A stretch of 62,937 nucleotides of DNA, filler included, from Octopus bimaculoides (taxonomy: Eukaryota): NCBI RefSeq assembly GCF_001194135.2. It is 6 parts of 6 records of this genome, joined end to end, with 100 filler letters (N's around TTAATTAATTAA, not from the genome) between each part and the next. Parts side by side here need not be neighbours in the genome. Positions count along the whole stretch, not along the records: positions 40,932 to 54,918 come from NC_068995.1; positions 55,019 to 59,840 come from NC_068987.1; positions 59,941 to 62,937 come from NC_068981.1; 3 more parts are not named here. One strand, written 5' to 3'. Numbering within the stretch: the first letter of the stretch is position 1; each line of letters begins with the position of its first letter. This document shows positions 52,750 to 62,937 of the stretch, in pieces. The notes under the pieces are model-generated. The model worked only from the letters and a program-made list of their open reading frames with translations, made no database searches and was not told the origin of the DNA. The position numbers and the translations under genes are program-made.

Positions 52750-53898
52750 ATGAAATTGATAATTGCCTTAATTGTTATATCAATCGGAAGCGCTTCTACA
52801 GAAGAAAACGACCTTCAATATGAATTACTCAGATACTATGATAAAACAATGACACCTGTTGATGCAAATGAGACCACGTTAAGCCTATATGTGACACTTA
52901 GCATAAAGAATATTATTGAATTAGACATTAAGCAAGGTATTCTAACAAGTCATCTGATGCTCGGCATAAGATGGCAGGACAATAATCTGAAATGGAATGA
53001 TTCAATGTCTAGTCGAAACCATATAGATGTTACCTTATCTAAGATTTGGTATCCTAATATTCAAATATGTAATAGTGTATCAGGTGATTTCAGTTTCGAT
53101 GTGGACAAGGAAGTCACTGTCAAATACGATGGGTTCGTTCACTTACATATAGACAAAATATTTAAAACATACTGCAGGATTAACGTTGAAAATTATCCTT
53201 TTGATCAGCACGAATGTGATATAACTGTTTGCCTTGAACATCAGATGTATATGGAGGAAACAATAGAGGACTTTGTTATCGATGTAAAATTAAAAACTAA
53301 ATCAAATCAATGGAATTTCTCTTTTGAAGAGACTGAGATGGAAAAGGATGATGTTATAGCAGCTGGTCTTATAGTTTACGGCAAGAGAAAAGTTAGCAGT
53401 GCAACAATAACAAAAATTATACCCCCAATAATGTTAACATTATTGGTCCTTTCCGTTCATGTATTGCCAGCCTCATCTGGAGAGAAAGTTTGTGCTGCAA
53501 TAACTGTTTTTCTTACAAACATCGTTTTCCTTTCTGAAACTGAAAAGATATTGGGTAATAATTCTCAGGATCCCTCTTTATATCTAATCTATCTTTTAAT
53601 TCTGACATTTGTCAGTGGATGTTCCTCTATCGAATCAGTAATTGTGTGTAAACTTTATGCCCAACAGACTGGATCAGACATCAATTTAACTCCAGAAATT
53701 GCACGAGAATCAAAAGGATCCAGAAATAGTGTTGGTGTCATTGAAAACTCAGATGAACAGAATATTAAAGTAAGAGATATAAACCTTTCTAAAAGACATT
53801 TTATAAACTATCAGAAGCTAGACAAAATATTTTTGTCAATAGTTGTTATATTCCTAGTAGTACTTTATATAATTTTTGCTTTGTCGAGTTCTTACTAA
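52750..53898 (+). CDS. Intronless atypical nAChR-like Cys-loop channel subunit, chemotactile-receptor (CR)-like, 382 aa
   Basis: CACCATG start; signal peptide MKLIIALIVISIGSAS; IWYPNI; Cys-loop C-RINVENYPFDQHE-C (53173-53217); four TM segments; GEK before M2; no vicinal CC; uninterrupted ORF. The GTG-started 40-aa extension in the ORF track is probably untranslated. Confidence 0.93.
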   Translation: MKLIIALIVISIGSASTEENDLQYELLRYYDKTMTPVDANETTLSLYVTLSIKNIIELDIKQGILTSHLMLGIRWQDNNLKWNDSMSSRNHIDVTLSKIWYPNIQICNSVSGDFSFDVDKEVTVKYDGFVHLHIDKIFKTYCRINVENYPFDQHECDITVCLEHQMYMEETIEDFVIDVKLKTKSNQWNFSFEETEMEKDDVIAAGLIVYGKRKVSSATITKIIPPIMLTLLVLSVHVLPASSGEKVCAAITVFLTNIVFLSETEKILGNNSQDPSLYLIYLLILTFVSGCSSIESVIVCKLYAQQTGSDINLTPEIARESKGSRNSVGVIENSDEQNIKVRDINLSKRHFINYQKLDKIFLSIVVIFLVVLYIIFALSSSY

Positions 53899-53929
53899 GG
53901 CTTAGAAAAAAGTAGACTGAAACCATTCT

Positions 53930-53935
53930 AATAAA
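53930..53935 (+). terminator. Candidate polyadenylation signal
   Basis: AATAAA 32 nt after the stop codon, followed by an A-rich run at 53941-53957. Confidence 0.5.
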
Positions 53936-54875
53936 TAATGAAAAGAAAAAAAAAAACAAGCATCAGAAGGCAATGCAGAATCTGCGTACACACTAAGTTA
54001 AAACAAAATTTGATTAAAAATACACCTCTTCAGCCGAATTCATAATTCAACAAAATGGCATCAAAAGTTATTTGCCTTCCTTATCGTTTACGTGTATGTC
54101 CGCCAGTTTTGAAGATAAATCAACATTTAATGATTTCGAGACACTCACCTAATGGTATTTCTGTCGAATGTGGTGAAATTCCGTTCAGCCGCTTTCATAT
54201 AATTTTGCAAACACAAAAACAAACAGACTATGTCGAGCAACTACAACAACCTACGCGCGAAAGCGAAGCGAAGGTGACTAACAAATACCTAACTGAATGC
54301 GCATAAATTCTATATTTCATCTAAGAGCCATTTGAAGAGTTGACGCAGACAAGTGAATTTTGAATACACCGGCTTTCAGCACAATCTCCAGTACGCTTTT
54401 AAAATAATGTTGTTAGGCAACATGTCTTTCTTCACCTCAAGTTTGACATAATGTGCTATAGACACTTCAAAACGACTATCTCTTGAAAGAGACACAGTCG
54501 GGTTGTCTCCTAAATCCTAAACCCCCACTTACCACGTCACACCCGCACACATACCCACAAATGATAACAGTTCAAGTTTCTACTCACCTACCTCGGTAGG
54601 CTTTCTCGCTTGCACTGCGCGACACACATACACGCCCATAAAAAATACACAAAAATATAGAATTTTTACTTTTCAGACATGTTTCTTTTGTGATGAATAC
54701 TAACGTTTCGATACATTAAAATGCACTACATTTGGGTGTTGTGTTCTTGAAGCAATCATTTCTTTTCCTAATCCTCCAGTACACTCGACACTAAAGAAGG
54801 GACACTGAAGCACATTAGAATTCCATTCAAGTGGAGCGTTATGATCTCGGTCATTTATACATTTTGGAAACTGTG

Positions 54876-54918
<43 letters not shown>

Positions 54919-54962
54919 NNNNNNNNNNNNNNNNNNNNNNNNNNNNNNNNNNNNNNNNNNNN

Positions 54963-54974
54963 TTAATTAATTAA
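54963..54974. other. Artificial gap linker TTAATTAATTAA
   Basis: 44N-linker-44N. Confidence 0.95.
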
Positions 54975-55018
54975 NNNNNNNNNNNNNNNNNNNNNNNNNN
55001 NNNNNNNNNNNNNNNNNN

Positions 55019-55057
<39 letters not shown>

Positions 55058-57734
55058 TACGTACATACATATGCATATAAATATACATATATGTATACAC
55101 ATATAGGTATGTTGTTCATGTGTTTAAATTGTATATATTCTTCCGGTTGTTGTCCACAATACTCAGTAGGCCATTAATCATATATTACATAATTGTTGTC
55201 TATTGTATTGTTCTTATTGTTGCTCCTTCATTCGCTTATATCAATGTTGAAGGCTACAGCATTGCACAACTGATGCTACACGTTATGTAACATAACTGCC
55301 TTGAGTTCTGATATATAATGTGTAGTAATCGCTCCATATTTCAAATGCATCGTCATATCGTGAGGAAATGTCGTAGTCATGTATCCAAGGACACAGAATC
55401 ATGAGGTTTCAAATTTTGCTATTGCTATCTTATGCTTTCATACTATTATAAGTTGTTTCCTTTCAGGCAAAGTGTTGTATGGAAACAGAATGAGAACATA
55501 CTCTTTCATTTCCCTGTAGCTTGTCTCACTTGAGACAAAAAGGTATAAAACGCCACAGTCAGCTCAGAACATCCCCTATTGGATGATGGAAGAATGCATT
55601 CCGAACTCTTAATTCTCATCAGCACCAGATACCAAAGAGAAGTATCTCTGACCTGGCTGGGTAGCAAAGCTTCCCTTATAAGAGACTAGCAAAAACTACT
55701 GGGTGATGGAGTAGTCAAAGCTATGGACTGACTATGTGCCTTACACGTTTTTTTCTCAAACAAGAATTTTTTATCCATGGCAAACTGCAACGAAAAGCAA
55801 TTAACGGTTGAAATATTTCTCAAGCTTATTTGAACAAGTAACAAGCTTTGTTTACTCTCAGTCGCTGCTTCGCACATCTGCTCAGAACTTTGCTCCTTTA
55901 CACTACCACAAAAGCGATGTCAAAAACAGGTGGAGTTTGGGAGTAGTACAACCAAGTTATTATAAAACACGATGGAAGATCAGTGAACAAACATGGGAAA
56001 TGATTATAAAGCTTTCAGCTTCCAATATTTCACTCGACTTAAAGTAGAGGACACATTCTCTTTCTCCTTTGCATAAGAACTTCAGTGCTTCTACACTTAA
56101 GACAGTATCCAAATATACCACAGAATTTCCCCAAAACTAGACACCAATATCTAAACCTTATCTAAGCTTAATAAGATAATCTATGAACGAAAACAACCAA
56201 TATCAATGTAAGTAATCTCCCCAAACCATGAATCCACAAATACATTTCGCTTTACGTGAATAAAGGACAGCCCAGAATAATGAGACTAAGATAGAAAAAA
56301 TACAAAACGAAACATAACAAGTATGTATACCCACCGTCAGCTGCCAAACGGATATCACTATAGTTTCGACACCTGAGTAGTACCATTCAATCCGGAGGTG
56401 TCAAAAGTATTAAAAAAACATAAACGTTGCCTGAGAATCAATAGAATCAGCTGGAGCGAAACATTAGCATAGTACGTCCATTACGCCAACACCTGTTTGT
56501 TACCAAAAGAAAAGCATCAAAATAAAGAATTAGCATTAGCGTATTGTTGTCCCTGTACAACAAAGAACTTACTCTCAAAAAAGGACATTGTGGTCCTAAC
56601 AATTATGATACAAAGGAACAAGCAAACTGAACATCAAGGAAATATTTATTCAACCACCGATACACGACATGATATGATTAACCCAAGGAACAGCAAACCA
56701 AAGACTTAAAACATCTAGACCATAGTACGAGCATATCTAGTCCCAAACATGATACGACACCAAAACCAAGCCTAATAAAAAATAGTAGAAGAGTATATGA
56801 TATAACTAATGTCCTCGAAAGAGGAAAAAGACGAATATAGATAAATGTCTATAAAATGTATTCAATATTATAAAACAAAACAAACGAATAAATTGCTAAT
56901 TAAAATTAAAATGAAAAGATAAATAAATAAAATAAATGAATAAAAATGGAATTAGAATTAAATTAGTTAAAAAATTTAACATAAAACCCACTAAAAACGG
57001 GGCCAAAACTACCCAAAACAAATAACATGTCCTAGCTACAATGAGACTAAATAATCCAACCAATTAAACGGCTAAACCCTGCTGTTTACTCGAGAACAAC
57101 TCAAACTGCATTTAAATTATTGAGTAAACAAATATATAAGGTATTTTAAATCAACAAACATACCTGAGAACTATAAACATTGAAAGCTACTAAAACAAAT
57201 ATATCCTGAAAAAATGATTCTACATGTAACAAAACAACATGTGCTGCAGAGAAATTAACAGGAATCATATGTCATAACCTCATGCTGCGAAGAAACCAAA
57301 AGACCGTTATATATTTTCTTTAATATACAAGTTACCACTTTCCATTGGAATCAGATATTTCAGCCCACTTAGAGTTGCGGACACATTCTCTTTTGTTCTT
57401 ATCGTTAGCATTTCGGTGCTTCCATATTAAGTTTTGAAAACGTATATTTCTATCGTATTTAATCTAGAATGTCAGGTATACTTTTTTTTTAGCGTTTTTC
57501 TTCGTGGTGGATGTTTAAGTCACAGCTTCTAAAATATTTATAATTGTTTGTGAATTTTCATTGAGCTCTTTTGTGAAATGCAATTTTTGAGAACTACACA
57601 TATACGCGCGCACACACAAAAATATACACACAAATATAGAGAAATAAAGAGAGACGGAAAAAGATAAGATGATTAAGGCACGATCGCGATTATATATACA
57701 TAGAGAAAGGGAATGAGGGGGAGGAAGAAAGAGT

Positions 57735-57778
<44 letters not shown>

Positions 57779-58270
57779 AATGTAAGAATGTGAGATGAAT
57801 TTTGTGGCCAGTAGTAAAAAAAAAAACGAATAAAGGTATATCAATACTATATAAGACAAGTTCTAGATTTCTTAAATATTTTCTGTAATCAAGAGTAATC
57901 AAATGCTTCCTGGCAATTGTAGATAGCTCCGAATGAGAAGGGGAGATAATCCGAAGAATCAAGAATTCTCCGAAAACGTCCTGTCATTAAGGAAAAGACA
58001 GTTAGAGTATACGGAATCAAGGGATGATAATTTTGATACATACAAAGTTTAACTTCAATGGCAATTGATGTGCTCCTAATCGTCATTATCGTCCATATTT
58101 ACCCATATTCATATTATGTGGGATAAGTTCTATCTTTTAGCTTATTTGAAACTACACATATTAGCTTAAGCCATGAATATATTCTGCTATTTTGCATATT
58201 AAACCATGAATATATTCTGCTATTTTGCATATATTTAAGCATCTTGTCCACTGGAAGCAAAGGAGAATAA

Positions 58271-58315
58271 GAGCCGAGCTGATGAAGCCCATCTGCTTAG
58301 AAACACGTCTCAGGA
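58271..58315 (+). ncRNA. Degenerate minimal hammerhead-like motif
   Basis: CTGATGA (58279-58285), AGC/GCT mini-stem, GAAACACGTC (58300-58309); stem I is imperfect and offset. Confidence 0.4.
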
Positions 58316-58740
58316 GCTGTCCAATTTTCATTCGACAGTCAAACCGTTATTTAGTTAATGGTAAGTCACTTTCAGAGAATCATGATTTTAGAGTTGAGCA
58401 TAAATGCCACAATGCATTTGATTATATTTTTCTTGAAAAGGAAAGTTAATTTCAATAGACGAAGGATTTATCTTGAATGGATTTTATAAACTGTTAGTGA
58501 GGAATACACGTGCACACACATATGCACACAAATGCACACACACGCACACACACACACACACATTTATATATACATACATACATACATACATACATACATA
58601 CATACATAAAGACGTATATGTGACTGAAGAGAAAAATTTACATCAACGTTATCTCACGTACGCACTCGAAACGCACATACTAAATCTATTCAAAATATCA
58701 GCTTTTTGTTTTGTGATATACATACATGCATATATATTCT

Positions 58741-59158
58741 TTTATTCTTCTATTTGTTTCAGTCATTTGATTGCGGCCATGCTGGAGCACCGCCTTTAGT
58801 CGAACAAATCGACTCCAGGACTTATTCTTTGTGAGCCTAGTACTTATCCTATCGGTCTCTTTTGCTGAACCGGTTATTTACGGGGACGTAAACACACGAA
58901 CATTGGTTGTCAATCAATGATGGGGGGACAAACTTCAGACACAAACATATACACACACACACACACATACATACATACATACATACATACATATGACGGG
59001 CTTCTTTCAGTTTCCATCTACCAAATCCACTCAAGGCTTTGGTCGGCCCGAGGCTATAGAAGAAGACAGTTGCCGAAGGTGCCATGCAGTGGGTCTGAAC
59101 CCGGAACAATGTAGTTCATAAGCAAGCTACTTACCACACAGACATGCCTGCGCCTATA
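58741..59158 (-). mobile_element. Full-length tRNA-headed SINE with internal microsatellite
   Basis: Minus strand: TATAGGCGCAGG..GGGTTCAGACCC head, GGCCGACCAAAGCCTTG, (TATG/TG)n, GGCGGTGCTCCAGCATGGCCGC tail. Confidence 0.85.
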
Positions 59159-59226
59159 NNNNNNNNNNNNNNNNNNNNNNNNNNNNNNNNNNNNNNNNNN
59201 NNNNNNNNNNNNNNNNNNNNNNNNNN

Positions 59227-59270
<44 letters not shown>

Positions 59271-59644
59271 GTTTGCGCATTTGTGTGTATGTATGCATGT
59301 ATTTGTATTTGCATGTGCGTGTATATTTATTTGTAGACAACTGTCAATCACTTCGTAGCTCTGTATTTTCTGTTAATTTTTTTTTGTTTTGTCTTTTTAT
59401 CTCTTATTAACACCATTCTATAAATAGGCACTGCCTTCACATTTCCACCTGGGATATTTTGCGCATATATCTTTCCAATCTCCTCCTGCGCCTGCCCCTA
59501 CTCCTCCTCCTTTTCTTCCCCTTCTCACACGTACACACATTCATGCGTACATACATATCACACACAAATATGTACACATATACAAACACATATAAATAAG
59601 TGCATATATATGTATACACGCACACATATAATACATAAATCTAA

Positions 59645-59685
<41 letters not shown>

Positions 59686-59728
59686 TATATATACACACGC
59701 ACATATATATATAGATATATATATATAT

Positions 59729-59778
<50 letters not shown>

Positions 59779-59884
59779 AGCATCACCTCTTTCCTTTTGT
59801 GTTCCTCATACCGTGTTCCTCAATCTACAGTCAGTCACACNNNNNNNNNNNNNNNNNNNNNNNNNNNNNNNNNNNNNNNNNNNN

Positions 59885-59896
59885 TTAATTAATTAA
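59885..59896. other. Artificial gap linker TTAATTAATTAA
   Basis: 44N-linker-44N. Confidence 0.95.
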
Positions 59897-59972
59897 NNNN
59901 NNNNNNNNNNNNNNNNNNNNNNNNNNNNNNNNNNNNNNNNTATATATATATATATATATATAGATATATATA

Positions 59973-60007
<35 letters not shown>

Positions 60008-60313
60008 GCTATTGAAAACAAAGAGGAGAGTGGAGATTTATTCACATCCAAAACATTTTATTGAAAATGTTTTCTACAACATATATAACAATGACCAACA
60101 TATGTTTCATTTGCAGTAACTACACATTGTTCCGTATGCAATTATGCATCCTAGTCACTGCAATTTCATCAAGAGTCCATCCCAACGCTTTCAGTTAATT
60201 GATACGGAAGCCAGAGTGTACTGGAAACTTATTTATCATAGCGGTCGTTTCGGCATACTTCTGCATCGCTCCCTAGTGGGAGGGGAACGGCATTATGAAA
60301 TCGAATGCCCCCT

Positions 60314-60501
60314 GCAGTAAGAAGAAACCTCATTAGGGGACATAATAGATTTCTAAGTTATAGAATTTACTTTTCGATTATATGTGTACCTATCAATGAA
60401 TTGTAAATTTTATAACTTAAAATCATATTATGTCCCCTGTATCGAAATGTAAATTTTATAACTTAGAAGCTTATTATGTCCCCTGATGAGGCTTCCTCTG
60501 C
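60314..60501. mobile_element. MITE-like element with about 50-bp imperfect TIRs
   Basis: 60314-60370 is inverted relative to 60449-60501; internal direct duplication of TGTAAATTTTATAACTTA..TATTATGTCCCCTG. Confidence 0.7.
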
Positions 60502-60529
60502 GCTGTGAGGTGCATGCCATTTCATTATA

Positions 60530-60574
<45 letters not shown>

Positions 60575-61043
60575 GACAGTTGTCCTGCGATAAATATAAA
60601 TGTTGTGTATAACATATTGCAAATTCACTTGTGCTCCAGAATTACAACGTTGCCTATGACAGACCGCTGCATAGGCCTAATGGTTTCTGCCATCGCGTGA
60701 TACGAATTTACGACTAGATTACATTGGCCTTATAAATAAATTCCTAGTAGTCTCCCTTGATTTTCTTGCATCGAATTACTCATTTAGATAATGATTTTTT
60801 CTGAGCCCTAATTAACTAAAATTTCTTGCTCAGGTGTGTTAACATCCATTATATCATTTAATTTTCTGAGCAGCAGATATCCTAGAATATTTCTCCCCAC
60901 GTCTATATTTTGCAGAGATATATCATAGTCGGTGATAGAATGTAACTTATCAATCACTCGACAGTTAGTCCGATACGCTCAGGAGACTTATAAACGTTAG
61001 AAAAATAACATGTAGCATATATGCAACATATGGATATACTCAC

Positions 61044-61159
61044 AGTCTTGAGAAATTGTGGCACTTCCCCTCGGGGTCCATAAAAGGCCATGTTGACGAC
61101 AAGGACGTTTAAGAAAGAAGACAAAGTGATAATCACCATGTTGAAGCAGTAGTAAATAC
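61044..61159 (-). CDS. Internal exon of a spliced nAChR-like Cys-loop subunit (M3 plus start of the intracellular loop)
   Basis: ctttcttttcag / GTGAGT boundaries, 116 bp, phase 1 to 0; (G)IYYCFNMVIITLSSFLNVLVVNMAFYGPRGEVPQFLKT; the phase-1 intron just before M3 matches the alpha7-type exon boundary. Confidence 0.82.
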
Positions 61160-61740
61160 CTGAAAAGAAAGCGAGAATATAAACCTACATGAAGAGACAA
61201 AGGAAAATTTATCAGTGTAACTAGTATATACAGTTTAAATTTATTCTTTACATTCACTGCTGATAATTTTTCTCGTATTATTTATGCAAGCAAGTGGCAA
61301 TAATGAATAATTTCAGGATTAATTATTTTTGCTGGCTGACTGTACTAGAGCAACGTGAAATGAAGTATTTTTCTAAAGAAAACAACGCATTGTTCTCTCC
61401 AGGAAACGAAAACCACAAATTTACGGTCATGAATGCAACTTCCTTACCACGAAACCACAGGCCTCACACCTATTACAAGAACGCTGTATAAATTGTCACA
61501 ATTATTCACAGGTTCAATTACTCATTGCTGTTAATTAAGACATTCGAGAAAATATCAATGCTTAGCCTGACAAAGTAATTTTCCAAAACATCAGTCGTTT
61601 TCATTTCGCACGCGTACCAAACGTATTCGCAGCTATAAAAGCTCTCGCCTGCTATTTAATATTTAGTTACGTAATTTTAGATTCTGATTTAAAATCCTGT
61701 TTGGATTTCTATTCTGCTATTAATCCTTGCGAAATATATG

Positions 61741-61788
<48 letters not shown>

Positions 61789-62937
61789 ATATATATATGT
61801 TAGAGTGCTACAATATGCAGTCTGTTTAATGCGATGTATCTTTATAGTGATGCATGTAACTGTAGTGTTGCAGATAAAGTACTGCTTGACTGAATGCTTT
61901 GAAGTATTTAATAATTTTCTTTTATGCCCAATTTCAAAAATTTCAAATCCCTTCTGGATCGTAATTTGCCTTTAGGCATATGGAATCTAAAATAATTACT
62001 CATCATGCATTGTGGATAATACAAGAGAGGCGAAATTGGGACCTTACAATGTAAGAAATCAGTATTACATCAAGGGATCTATTTTCTAAATTTTCATGTT
62101 ATCTTTCGGCATATTAGCTTGCAGTATACAAACATTTCGCTAAGTAAATCTACTAAAGTGTTTTCATAAAGTGATACTTATCACTTAGTAACAATCATAG
62201 CTATCTGTTGATATATCAACTTGGTTTATGTTGATAAATTATCTTGTCGTCTATTGGCAAATGAATATATTATTTATTGGCAGAGTGTACAGGTTTTTAA
62301 CTTAAGGAAGATTTTAATGGTAAATTGAAATGTGACAGACATATGTGGTGTAATTATCAAATGGGTAGAAACATTAACACAATCTGTTCGTTAGCTGACA
62401 TTTGATCTAAACGTCCAATGAAATAGGATCTACAAATGTTGAATAGTCGTATTAATAACCATGGAGAATTTTAATATGCTGTGACAAGCCGAGCAGATTA
62501 AATCATTGATTTGTTTTTGACAAATTTAAGCTATCTCGATATTTCTCATTTGGAAAAAACCTTTATATGTTAACAACAGAAAAATATATAAAATAATATC
62601 GAAAGAGCCAGTTTTCTAACACATTAGGTGCTTTTAGGCAGTCTATTAATAAGAAATAAATTAGAATGGTAATTTGCTCTCAATGAATCGCAGTAATGTT
62701 TGTTGAGGAGAAATTTCAACCGGGAATAGGTAAGCCGAGAGAAAATATGAATTTAAGCAAATGTCAATAAAAAAGAAGTATAAATAACAAAACGTACAAA
62801 TTTAAAAGCTTTTGATTTTCGACAGAATTCAGAATTTTAGATTCAATTAAACGGTTAAGGACATTACTTAGAAAATGAATGTATTGAATGTGACATCTGG
62901 ACATTTTTATGGGGTGTTGTTTGTTGAAACAACAACA

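Noticed and set aside
55590-55630. CTGATGA-stem-GGAA on the minus strand
   Set aside because: GGAA instead of GAAA and no stem I.
56700-56800. cox1-like GFG..AVP snippets on the minus strand
   Set aside because: Spacing to downstream cox1 motifs does not fit.
57690-57985. Possible next exon of the nAChR-like gene (DVFGEFLILRII...)
   Set aside because: Has an acceptor and phase 0, but no convincing donor or nAChR similarity, and it runs into (CT)n.

Overview
This is AT-rich, microsatellite-dense eukaryotic draft-genome DNA, most likely Octopus; that is inferred from gene content and repeat landscape. Five 100-bp gaps (44N-TTAATTAATTAA-44N) split it into six segments whose true spacing is unknown. 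The headline gene is an intact, intronless Cys-loop ion-channel subunit (52750-53898, +). By eye it has lost the acetylcholine aromatic box and the vicinal cysteines, has a shortened loop C and two extra ECD cysteines, and keeps a cation-type GEK pore. This matches the octopus chemotactile-receptor (CR) type. A separate spliced M3 exon of a canonical nAChR-like gene lies on the opposite strand (61044-61159). Also present are the last four exons of an SLC22-like MFS transporter (-, 6868-14505, splice phases consistent) and two unassigned exon-like ORFs (-, 22.3-23.4 kb). Several type I hammerhead-ribozyme motifs occur, including an inverted pair that forms an 84-bp fold-back. There is a tandem array of decayed gag/ORF1-like units with a conserved leader intron. 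The repeat load includes R4/Dong, RTE, Helitron, mariner, maT, hAT, MITE and SINE relics. Almost all other ORFs in the supplied track are microsatellite or N-gap artefacts.
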